Assembly: GCF_001194135.2 (NCBI RefSeq)
Contig: NC_068985.1
Span: 34,035,429 to 34,099,428 of the forward strand
Length of the DNA: 64,000 bases
From: Octopus bimaculoides
Taxonomy: Eukaryota
Direction of reading: 5' to 3'
Each line of letters begins with the position of its first letter. Position 1 is the stretch's first letter. The translations under genes and the position numbers were made by a program. The notes under the pieces are model-generated. The model ran no database searches, was not told the DNA's origin, and saw only the letters and a list, made by a program, of their open reading frames with translations. Shown here one piece after another: positions 22,164 to 32,947 of the stretch.

Positions 22164-22396
22164 TTAAGGCGGCAAGCTAGCGGAATCATTATTGCACCAG
22201 ACAAAATTCTTAGCTACATTTCTTCTGGCTCTTTATAGTCTGAGTTCAAATGCCACCGGTGTCGACTTTGCCTTTCTTCTCTTCGGGTCGATAAAATAAG
22301 TACCAGCTGAACACTAGTGTCAATGTAATTGATTAAACCTCCTCCCACGAATTTCAGGCTTTGTGCTTTATGTTAAAAAAAGAATGATTATTATCA
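22164..22396 (+). mobile_element. SINE family B (tandem with the previous copy)
   Basis: AAGGCGGCAAGCTAGCGGAATC head, GAGTTCAAATGCC box, core and tail. Confidence 0.85.
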
Positions 22397-22589
22397 TTTA
22401 CAATCCCTTTCTATCTTTACCCTCCTTGGCTGCTGCTTCTCTTCTTTCTTCAAATTACAGTATTACTCGTCTCAGTAGATTAGTAGAAGTGGGAGGGTCA
22501 TATAAAGATTTGTATTCCAGATATTACATTACTGCTTTGTTAATGAAAGAGGCAGTAACTAAAACGCCTGTCCTTTTGTTGAAAAATAT

Positions 22590-22680
22590 TCCTTTCTACT
22601 CTAGGCACAAAGGCCAAAATTTTGGGGGAGGGGTCCAATCGATTAGAACGACCTCAGTACGCAACTGGTACTTAATTTGG
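22590..22680 (-). mobile_element. SINE family B, 3' fragment
   Basis: TTTCTACTCTAGGCACAAAGGCC...CAGTACGCAACTGGTACTTAATT. Confidence 0.75.
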
Positions 22681-23005
22681 TAAATTTTTATATTACCACC
22701 CGCACGATTTTAACTAAGAAAAAAACAAAAAAACTCGGATTTTTTGCGTGGAATCAAGTACCCTGACCTCCTAACATGCTGCAAATCCCTTATTTTGGTT
22801 CGGAAAAGCGGGAGGTAGGAGGCGAGGGGTACATATTTAATAACGAACCATGTAAGTCACACTCTGGAAAATTTATTTCTGTAAAATGTTTTTTTTTTCT
22901 TAAACACACAAAATATAGTCTGTAAATTTAGGATGATTTTCAAAGATACTATATTTTCTTATCAAAATATACATACTTTCTCACACAACAATTGAGATAT
23001 ATTTA

Positions 23006-23406
23006 GGATCTTTTTTAAAACGGGGGCCACATTTTTCATTAACGAAACACTTTGAAACTTGGAATACTGGTAGAATGTGTCATATAAAACATCTTTTTCT
23101 CTTAGTCTTCTTAAAAAAAAAAGAAATCCCTAAGTTATTCCATGTTAAAGTTGTATTTCTGTAATTTCAACCAATCACTGACGTCCATTAAGCCGATATA
23201 CATTAAGTGCCGACTACATAAACAAACGATTCTGAAACAATTCTATCGGTGATAGGGTTAGGGTTAGGGTAAAACAGCAAATTTAAAAAGAAAAAAGCAA
23301 ATAAAACGAAGAAAATGAAAAAAGCAAATAAAACGAAGCTATGGCTTAATCAGCCAAAGGAGTAAATGTAAACAACTGAATACTTGTCAGTGATTGGTTG
23401 AAATTA
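23006..23406. mobile_element. GGATC fold-back transposon, copy 3 (right arm truncated)
   Basis: Left arm is a near-identical mirror of the right arm of copy 2. TAGGGTTAGGGTTAGGGT at ~23253-23270. The right arm stops at a SINE fragment. Confidence 0.85.
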
Positions 23407-23450
23407 TCGGCGGAATTTGAATCCAGAACGTAAAGACAGACGAAGTACCG
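23407..23450 (-). mobile_element. SINE family B, downstream half of a split head
   Basis: Minus strand CGGTACTTCGTCTGTCTTTACGTTCTGGATTCAAATTCCGCCGA continues the head left at 24921-24968. Confidence 0.8.
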
Positions 23451-23657
23451 ATTTCTTTATTACCCATAAAGAATTTTTAAGACATCACAAAACATAAAGA
23501 CAGTACAAAACGCAACAAACATAAAATCAAGGTAATTAAAATAAAATGATAATATGCAAGGATGAAAAAATGAGGCGCAATGTCCACTCGACCCCGGAAG
23601 TCGGGTGGTTACATTTATCCAGTTTTTCACTTTTACGTTCAACGCCATGTAAACATT

Positions 23658-24793
23658 TTAACGGTTTTGTAACTCAAAAAATTCAAACACTCGCGTTACC
23701 TTTCTTCCATTAGTCATTGTTACTTCCGTCCTTATCAACTGCAAATAATCAGTTCTAGTGGGTGGTGTCTCCACCAACCATACCCGTTTCGTTATTATAT
23801 TTTCACCAAGTTCTTTTATGTACTCCCAGTAGTTTCCCTCTTGTATCAAAATGCATTTCTCAGCACATTTCTCTGGCATCTTGACTCATTGTTTCCTCCA
23901 ACCTCTCAACTTTTCTCTCCATCTGCTCGCAATTCTCGTACTTTATCAAAAACCCCTTGTATTTGACATCTTTCTCCATTCTCTCCTCTTCTTGTACATT
24001 ATTAGTTTCTGGCTTTTCTATCTCTTTTATGTTTTCTGACTTATTTTTCTTTCGTTTTTTAGGGTCAGTAGCTCCTCTGTTTCACACTTCTGTCTCTCTT
24101 TCATTTCCTCAGTGTGGTCTACAATGTTTTCCTCCTCTACTTGTGCTTTCTCTTGCTGTGGCTGTGTGAACTCATATAGGGGGCATTTGGTCTTCATATG
24201 ACCTCTTTTCCCGCATATGTAGCAATTTGGTTTCCTTCCCTCGACTACAACATTTAACGTTCTCTCATGCTCCATTTCTATCTGGTTGGGAATTCTTTCT
24301 ATGTCCTCGAATGTGGCAAAAAGCCACATTTCGAGTCCAAATCCCCACCATTTGCGCACTTTTTTATTTCGCCACTGGTCCCAATTCCGGCTCCTCCGNN
24401 NNNNNNNNTTTTGCACTTCTTAAAATGTTGGTCGCATGCTTGGTTGCTTCTTCTATAGTGGCGAACCTCACCTCTACCGTACCGAACTTTCTTCCTCTGT
24501 TGATGTACGTGGCTTCATTCACAATTTCACCAAGGCACTCCTCGATTTCCTCTTCCGTCACCATTTCAATTTGCAGGTTTCGACAGCCTGTGTACGATAC
24601 ACTACTGTCCTCAGAATGTTTTCTTCTTTAGTCTCTTTTGGGGGGCACAATTTGTATGAGTCTCCCGCAACTTCTATCAAATTCTGCTTCTGGTCACCTC
24701 CTCCATATCTAACTTGGTTTCTCTCGGCACTGGCTTCTTCACCGCAGTGGCCTTGGCGTAGCTCTCCATACTGGAGACACTACCACTTGCCAT
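23658..24793 (-). pseudogene. Gag-like ORF1 (RRM-like + CCHC knuckle + acidic/charged tail), frameshifted
   Basis: ATG at 24793. ORF pieces 24364-24564, 24027-24416 and 23658-23879. C-X2-C-X4-H-X4-C is intact. Confidence 0.7.
24399..24408. other. Assembly gap
   Basis: N run. Confidence 1.
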
Positions 24794-24920
24794 AGCTGGG
24801 GAAAATGCAGCGGCTCGCGTGAAACGTAACCGTAATAATTCCACAAAAATCACAATTATTTACCGAGACAGTTTTCACAAAGTAACACAACAGTATTCAC
24901 AATAATTCACAGAGCCATTA

Positions 24921-24968
24921 TACCGCTAAGCATTTCGCCCGGCGAACGTTTCTGCCGGCTCGCCGTCT
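24921..24968 (-). mobile_element. SINE family B, upstream half of a split head
   Basis: Minus strand GACGGCGAGCCGGCAGAAACGTTCGCCGGGCGAAATGCTTAGCGGTA. Confidence 0.8.
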
Positions 24969-25197
24969 TCTTTTGTTGAATAATGTTAAATGACACACAG
25001 CTTCCTGGTTCAAAATCTGTAACCATCACCTTTTGTTTTTCACCCTTCCCTTTTTATCTTTTTTTAAACTGTTATTTACCTTTATTTGTATATAAAATTA
25101 TCCGAAATGACATTAAAGAAATGATGAAACAATTCCGTTGCATGAAAACATGTTTAACATTTATATGCATAAAACACGTTTCATCTTGCTGTTGAAT

Positions 25198-25412
25198 AAT
25201 AATGGTTTCAAATTTTGACACAAGGTCAGCAATTTCGGGGGAGGGGTTAAGTCGATTACATTGATCCCAGTGTTCACCTAGGACTTATTTTAACAACTCC
25301 GAAAGGATCAAAAGCAAAGTTGACCTCGTTGAAATTTGAACTTAGAACATAAAGCCGGGAGAAATGCCACCAAGCATTTTGTCCGGTGTGCTAACGATTC
25401 AGCCTTCACCTT
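25198..25412 (-). mobile_element. SINE family B
   Basis: Head, core and tail on the minus strand. Confidence 0.85.
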
Positions 25413-25419
25413 AATTATT

Positions 25420-25495
25420 ATTATTATTTCTAATTTTGATACAAGGCCAGCAATCTTAGGGATAGGTTAGCTGATACCATTGACTTCAGTATTTG
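25420..25495 (-). mobile_element. SINE family B, 3' fragment
   Basis: TTTTGATACAAGGCCAGCAAT tail. Confidence 0.55.
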
Positions 25496-26464
25496 CCATG
25501 CGCGAGACCACAGCGAGGCTCTCGTGGGCAACATCTATTTAAGGAGGTGTATTGAGCAACTCGTTCTTTTCCCTGAGCTGACATCCGATGTACAGAGTCG
25601 AGAAAAAGAGCTGAGCGGGCACAGACATGAGAAAACGACTCTAAAGGTAGTATATTGTGGTGCATGTGAATAAGTGGGTGCAGGCATGCAGGTTGATGTG
25701 TGAATGTTGAGAAAAAATTGTTTTGTTCTACAAACAAAATACAGAGCAGTGCATAAATGGGTCAGCGTGCAAAGTAAGAAAGAAACTGCAGACATTCATA
25801 AAGAAAACATGTAAAGAGAAAAAACAATGTAGTTGAAAGAATTGTACAAAATGTGCAATACCATTGGCCAATAAATTTTCCCGCAAAGTACCTTCTTGTT
25901 TATATAGTGTCTTTATGTGCATAATTTTCTTTTAGGCATAACACCTTTCTCTTGTAAGAAACTGCATCCTCCTCGATTTTCAATTTCTTTGTTACATTCG
26001 AAAGTTTAAACGAGTTGGCTGCGGTCATATTTTTATTGAAGTTGAAAAGGTCTAGGAAAACATACAATTCAAAATTATGAAAATGAAATTGTGATAGGAC
26101 AGCAAACGAAAAATATCCAATCGTTTCTCAAAAAGAAAAAAAAAATAACGTGAAAATTACAAAAATGAGGTCGTACAAACGTTTAGAAAATAGCCATTTG
26201 GAGTTTTAAGCTGACTATACATTGACTTGTTACCATGGAAAAGGGCATCAATATGTTTGTGGCTTTCGATTGGCTAAAAGTACCAACAATTTGCAAACTT
26301 TAAAAGTTATTAACTTTTGTTTTATTAATTCATTGCAAAAATGAATTTTATATAATTAACATACAAAACTACATTAGTACACCAAATCTGATAATTGAAA
26401 CAAAATTAAAAGAATTGAAAATTATAAGCAACAGAAAGGATGCATCTGTCGATTATCTAATTAT

Positions 26465-26600
26465 TTGACTTATTTTATCAACATTGGAAAGATGAAATAC
26501 AAAGTTGACCTTAGGAGTTGAACTCAGAACGTAAAGAGCCAGAACAAATAACGCCACGTGTTTTGTCTATCGTTCTTAGGATTTTACCAATTCACTGACT
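26465..26600 (-). mobile_element. SINE family B, decayed
   Basis: GAAAGATGAAATACAAAGTTGACC...TTGAACTCAGAACGTAAAG. Confidence 0.65.
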
Positions 26601-27289
26601 GTATTCATACAAAAATCATTTCACTTATCAGCTACTGAATTACCAGTTTCTGGACTTACTAGTCCTTATTCATGATTATAGCTGGTTTGTCACTTGTTTG
26701 GCCCACAAATTATTGGCATGCTATGCAAACAACAGACCAGTATGCGGAAGCACATGCATAATTTTTTTTTTTAAATATTAGTTGTTTTTATTTATTGCAT
26801 GCGAGTGTGAATAATAAATATAGTCGTCAGATATAGGGTTCTACTGGTCTAATTATTGGTTCATTGCAGTAGAATTAGAATTAGAATACAAAAGAACAAA
26901 CGTTAATTTCTGTCTGTTGCCATCTTGCTGCCTACACCAGTGAACCAATCTTGACAAAACTTTGCATACATGTTAAACTAACATCCAGTTCAATTACAGG
27001 CTAATTGAATTTCTATAATGGGCTCATAGGGGGTTTGGGCTTTTATTTGATAAAACGAGAAGGGTGCAAGAGAATGTTAGTGTGAAGGAAATGTGGTGGT
27101 ATAGTGAGTGTGGCTGATATCAGGGAAAGGGTTAACAACGTTGTGTAAACGACATGGAGTGACATGGTAACGTTAATACAGCTACCATGCATACGAAAGT
27201 ATGTATGCACGACGCTGCATACATACTTTCGTATATACAGAAATACACACACACACACACGCATGCACATACAACATAAGTAACTTCTA

Positions 27290-27474
27290 GGTACTACTAA
27301 AGCAGCACGGACCCGAACGCGCAAGCTAGTCTTGAGTGGTCGATCCTGACCCTAACCCTAACCCGCGTGTGCAAATGAATACGTGTTTAGGGTTAGGGTT
27401 AGGATCGACCACTCACGACTAGCTAGCGCGGACGCGCGACTGCGCGTTCGGGACCGTGCTGCTTTAGTAGTACC
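27290..27474. mobile_element. 185-bp GGTAC...GTACC palindromic MITE with telomeric repeats (Merlin-like)
   Basis: TIR GGTACTACTAAAGCAGCACGG. Perfect 9-bp TSD TAACTTCTA at 27281-27289 and 27475-27483. Inner inverted repeat with CCCTAACCCTAA / TTAGGGTTAGGG. Confidence 0.9.
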
Positions 27475-27639
27475 TAACTTCTAAAAGGTCGAGGAAGGGA
27501 AAGAAAAGTGGGTGTGAGGAATATGTAGCTTTTGGGAGAGGGGGCAAGTAGGTGGCTTCTCTGCTGTCCACCGCAAAGAAACACACACACACACACGCAT
27601 GCACATACAACATAAGTAACTTCTAGGTACTACTAAAGC

Positions 27640-27927
27640 NNNNNNNNNNNNNNNNNNNNNNNNNNNNNNNNNNNNNNNNNNNNNNNNNNNNNNNNNNNNN
27701 NNNNNNNNNNNNNNNNNNNNNNNNNNNNNNNNNNNNNNNNNNNNNNNNNNNNNNNNNNNNNNNNNNNNNNNNNNNNNNNNNNNNNNNNNNNNNNNNNNNN
27801 NNNNNNNNNNNNNNNNNNNNNNNNNNNNNNNNNNNNNNNNNNNNNNNNNNNNNNNNNNNNNNNNNNNNNNNNNNNNNNNNNNNNNNNNNNNNNNNNNNNN
27901 NNNNNNNNNNNNNNNNNNNNNNNNNNN
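27640..27927. other. Assembly gap
   Basis: N run. Confidence 1.
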
Positions 27928-28297
27928 AAATGAAAGCAAAATCATTACGAAGAGGAATTGTTATTTAACAAACGAAAGCAGAGCATTACGACAACCAAAG
28001 TTGTAAGAACATCTGAAATTTTAATAAGTTTTAATAAATAAAATCATGCAAAACGATCGAAAAGACACGTAAATAATTTAAAAAGGAACAAAATCCCCAA
28101 TTAGTAAGTTTTTTTTTGCGAAAAATTGCACAAATCTGTCCTGATCAAGAGGCCTATCTGTCGGGGAAGGCATGGTCTGACATGAAATAAATAACAGTTT
28201 ATATAAGACATTCAATTGTAAAAATTGCTCAGCAACGACGAGCTACTCAGCTACTTTACATATATATATATATATATATATACATAGAGAGAGAGAC

Positions 28298-28435
28298 AAT
28301 ATTAGTCATGGTCAGTTCATAGGGTTACCAAGGTTTTACGTCCATAAAGCGCTTAACTTTACACACTTCTCGTCAGACCCTATTGGGGTCTGGCGAAACC
28401 CTGGGCAACTCTATGAATTGGCCGTAACTAACATT
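28298..28435. mobile_element. Small fold-back/MITE-like element
   Basis: ~40-bp imperfect terminal inverted repeats with an internal hairpin CAGACCC tattg GGGTCTG. Confidence 0.55.
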
Positions 28436-28529
28436 CTCTAAATACTCTACAACTTAGAGTGTGTTTCTCTTTCAGATTTATGATTTACCGATGATATGTG
28501 TGTGTGTGTGTGTTAAGTATATAATTATT

Positions 28530-28720
28530 TGCTTCAATTTTTGGTCCAAGGCTAGCAATTTTGGGGGAGAGGACTAAATCGATTACATCAACCGGTATTT
28601 ATTTTACGACCCCGAAAGAGGAAAGGCAAAGTCGGCCTCGGCGGGATTTGAATTCAGAATGTCACTAATCACTAAGCATTTTGCACGGAATGCTAACGAC
28701 TCGTGCCAGCTTGCTACCTT
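28530..28720 (-). mobile_element. SINE family B
   Basis: GACCCCGAAAGAGGAAAGGCAAAGTCGGCCTCGGCGGGATTTGAA. Confidence 0.85.
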
Positions 28721-30429
28721 TTAAGTATTTAAATATTATAAACAATAAATATGCTTTTACTTATAGAACTTTTATACAACTTATTTAAAATGTAGCTGTT
28801 GTGATTTTAGTTTTGATCACGTGATTTTGATTGTCGCGGTTGCTGTTATATACCTGCAGTGCGACTACGCGGAGTTCTGTTCTGTTTGCGGCACGACGTG
28901 TTCAGTGTTGGTTTTTAGTTAGTAGAGACTGTAGCAATTCGCTGCATAAAACTGTTATTGCGTTGAAGTTTGGTTTTGCTTACAATTTAGCAATCTTTGT
29001 TTGTATTGTAGATTGCTGTATCTTTAATCGATTAAAACCTTTTAAACTTTGATATTCCAGTTTGGGTTTATAACAGTAGCAATTTATTTAGGCTACGTTT
29101 TAAATCCCAATAATTATCACCTCAAGAACATTGAGTAAGACAGCTTTTGGTGAGCAGAGTCTATGACCTAAATTTTATTCTTTGTTGAATGCAATGAACT
29201 TTGTTTATGTAATTAATGCTCCTAAAAATGATCTTCCGAATGAGAATTGTGGATTGGAACACAATTCCATATTTACAATTATTTTTTACATGTTATCTTG
29301 TACTTGTTCATTTACAACCAAGGGACACACCCACATTTGAAGAACTTAGCCTAGTCTTCTTTTTACCGATTATTGACAAACATATACAAAAATAAACTTT
29401 AAATACCACAAATATGTTAAGATACTTTTTTTATGCTGGCAACTTTGAATAAATTTCTTAGAAAGGCACAAAGCTTCGTGGAAATTATATTTTAATTTTT
29501 GTTGTTTTTTCTTTAGTTTATATACTAACAACGCAATTAAATCAAAATGAAAGCGGGTTTTTGATTCTATTCTTTGAGAATTCAACTTACGGTCAATGAA
29601 CCAAAGAGGGTGTCCCTATGTGGTCGCTCAAATTACAAGATCGCTACGAAATTCCCCTCATTTTGCATTCCTGCTATCTTTAAAATAAAGAGGGAACACA
29701 TTGAATAATGTAGTTCGTAAAATACTCGGCTCGGAAAAATTACGAGCTGATCACACCCAAGATTAAATAGGGAATAAACAATAACCTTTACAGTCGACTA
29801 TACTTGTTCTATTTTAGATCTTACCTTCTAATCATAACAGAAAATCTAATATTTACAGATCCTGCATTTTATGCAAGTAGAATTCTTTTAATTTTTTTAG
29901 ATATTTAAGTGCAGACAGAAAAGTACACATCTGACTGATTAAGAAGCATATTTTTTTAAATAATAAAATTAACAACTTTTTTTAGGAAGTGTTTATTTTT
30001 CTACTTACGAATCCGTAAATATATGAAAACTATAAAAGCATATTCCTTTTTCATTCTATCTCCCTTCTCTTACACGTCAAAGACTTAAACATCTCTCATC
30101 CATTTGAATGATGAATTACATTTTCGTTCCATTTATGAGATCGTTTCAAAGATATTTATTGTATTTTTTCTTCCGTCTTTTTCCTTTTTTAAATCTTTCA
30201 TTTCTCACGTCCCGAACTCCTCTGTAATCTGTCTCCGCTTATATTTCTCGAAGCAACCTTCTTGATGTTCTCCATTATGTCTCTTTCCATCAACATCTCT
30301 ATCTACAAATCAACTTGTCTTCAGTTCCAATTTATTACCTATTTCATTTTACAGGCCCCTTTCTCACTCACAATTTCGGTTCACAATACATTACATACAT
30401 AAGTATATTGTACGTTGGGAGAATAATTC

Positions 30430-30565
30430 TTCTGGAATTTCGGGGGAGGGATATAGTCGATTACATCGACCGCGAAAGGATGAAAGGCAAAGTCGACCTT
30501 GGTGGAATTTGAACTCGGAACGTAAAACTGAACCGGCGTGCTAACGATTCTACTAGCTTGCCGGT
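30430..30565 (-). mobile_element. SINE family B with internal deletions
   Basis: GAAAGGATGAAAGGCAAAGTCGACCTTGGTGGAATTTGAACTC. Confidence 0.85.
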
Positions 30566-30741
30566 CTTTTTTTTTTTTTTGGTTGGGGTGTAATTTTATC
30601 GTTAAATAGTAATTGGAACTACCTATCTTAAGAGGCACAGTCGTCTCCAGTGCTCTAGAGTATTGTCATTCCACAATATATAGGCTGGTAATTTTCTTAA
30701 TAGTATATAGGAAACTCATCATGGTCTGCATTAGTAAGGAC

Positions 30742-30815
30742 AAAGTTCTTTTACTTGTTTCGTTCATTAAACTGTGGCCATACTGGGGTACTGACTTGAT
30801 GGGCTAATTCGATCA
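30742..30815 (-). mobile_element. SINE family A, 3' tail fragment
   Basis: TTCTTTTACTTGTTTCGTTCATTAAACTGTGGCCATACTGG. Confidence 0.6.
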
Positions 30816-30984
30816 AAAAGACATTTTAAGTTTGCTGGATTGACAAAATAAAAGAAAGCAAATTATTCTCTCTTCTTTTGATTTATAGTTGTTTGGACGT
30901 AGCAGAAAACAATTGACTATAAAGACCAGGTTGTAACTATTGTTCTGATTGGTTAGTTTTTAGGTGCAAATTGTCCCCTAAACC

Positions 30985-31060
30985 AAAGGTTCTCAACCCA
31001 TTTTGGCCAAAGGCCCTCTTTTGACCGCTGTAATCACAAATGGCGCCCCTAGAAAATATT
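30985..31060 (+). mobile_element. hAT MITE left end
   Basis: CAAAGGTTCTCAACCCATTTT resembles the TIR at 7152. No right end found. Confidence 0.45.
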
Positions 31061-32229
31061 TTTATTTTTCAATATACTACTTATTTTGATATCAGCAGAT
31101 AATGATTAAAAAATAAAGGACGTCGTTTTACATATGCAGTCAGGAGTGCAGATGTACAAACTGAAATGCAAAAAAACAAACAAACAAACAAAAAACGAAA
31201 TAATGAATTGAAAGTTTGGTAATTGCGTTTATTTCCACCACACGACATAAGATCAACGTGTTGTCTATCAAAAGAGTGTTCGTTGGTACAAGTAAATGTC
31301 GATGAAATCATTTCAAACCTTTCTGATTTCCTTTATCAAAACAGCTAGAACTTGTGCAACAATCTGACATATAAGTTATTGTCACCTGGAAAGAGGATTT
31401 TTTATGCTCAAGAAAGAGAGTGTATTTGATAGAAATTGTTGAAATACATATGTACTTCATATGAGTAGCAAATTGTGGAGGATGGTATTCACTGTACTTG
31501 GATCTAGTTAGTTTGAGTTAAAAATGACGTAAAAAAATCTGAAAATTTGTCATATTAAACATTCGTTTCTTATTCAGGATCTTGTTTGTTTCATTCACAA
31601 AATCTGTATTTTTTAAAAGGAAGTAAAAAAAAATCTGAAAATTGGTTATCTTAATGCAGTTTTCCACGCTTATTCCTTAAGAAGCCATGAATTTCTGGCG
31701 AAAAAATTTGACACACAATTTTTTTTTTTTTAAATCGTGGTTTTAAAATACGGACAGTCCGAATCTACCATACATTTCTCTTTATAATTTCCAAATAATT
31801 TTTTTAATTATTTCAAAATCAAAATTGCGTAAATATGTGTGCCAGAAATAGTAGTTAAAAATTAAGGAAATAGATTTTTGGGAGACCTCTTATGACTGAC
31901 TTTTATTCCATTATTCGAATATCTTCTAAAACTTATACATATACATGTATAAATGCATACAGAAACATACAAATACACATACACACACACATACATTTTT
32001 ACAGAGTTAGTTTTATATACATCCTTGTATATGTATATATAAATATTTTGGCATATCTACACAATTGTGCCCCAAAGATGTGCTTCTTCATAACCACGGG
32101 AAAATTAAATATTTCTTTTCTACAAATATGCTTCAGATCATGTAGATTCTGATTAAATTGGAATTCTTTGTGAAAACTGTTTGTCCCTAATGGAGTTTTA
32201 GAAAATTTACACCATTAGGCTTAACGCCT

Positions 32230-32829
32230 CTTTGCTGCAAAACGCCCCCCTCGAGCTGCAAATGGCTCCGGGGGTGTCATATGTCTCCTCCGTTGAGAAC
32301 CTTTTCCCTAAACAATTGTGCCAAATCACACGGTCAACTAATCAGATGCGCTAAAATGGATCGCTTGTTCCCTTGGCAGAAAAACTTTCATATCTCATGG
32401 GAGCCCACTATTCTCTCTAAGAAATGCAGTTCTCGTCTGTTTCTACGTCTTTGGCACACGCTACTGACCACACGCAACTCGTCTCTTACAAAGATGTATC
32501 TGACACCAGCCAATCTCTGCTTTCATCTCCACCAAACACCTGCCTACATCGTTGCTGTATGAATACTACACAACCAACAGACCAACGGCTGCCTCTACAC
32601 ACCACCAGCAGTACGTCAACTTTGTCTACAAGATCAACAGTCCAGTTTAACCACGAAGTCTCTCACACATCTTTGTTGTAACCTGTTATTTTATTTCATG
32701 TATGGCAATCATTCTATTTTATAACGGAGAATAAGTCGTCGCTTACTTGTTCATTTTCATCTCAAGTCGTATGTATCTCATTTCAACACTTCCTCATTCA
32801 CTCACCACTTCGTTATAGTGGCGACTCCG
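32230..32829 (+). mobile_element. Putative LTR followed by a primer-binding site, truncated
   Basis: LTR-like composition, then TGGCGACTCCG at 32819-32829 after ...GTTATA-G. The 5' TG terminus was not identified. Confidence 0.35.
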
Positions 32830-32862
32830 AGCTAAAACATCTCTGTTACACTATAGATCACT

Positions 32863-32947
32863 TTCTCTTTTACCGAACGCTAATTACGGGGACGTAAGTG
32901 AACCAACACCGATTCCCAAGCGATCAGAGACAAACATTAGCAGACAC
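32863..32947 (-). mobile_element. SINE family A, 3' part (interrupted by fold-back copy 4)
   Basis: TCTCTTTTACCGAACGCTAATTACGGGGACGTAAG...GAGACAAACA. Confidence 0.7.

Larger units (their letters stand above)
23451..24920 (-). mobile_element. ORF1-only L1/Tx1-like non-LTR element
   Basis: 5' UTR, then a decayed ORF1 (SYAKA; RRM-like GTVEVRFATIEEA; CCHC CYICGKRGHMKTKC), a GT-rich 3' UTR and AATAAA (23461-23456). TSD is TACCG at 23446-23450 and 24921-24925. Confidence 0.75.

Noticed and set aside
27587-27639. Second start of the GGTAC MITE with an identical upstream flank
   Set aside because: Flank and TSD are duplicated together right at a gap edge, so an assembly overlap or local tandem duplication is more likely than a new insertion.
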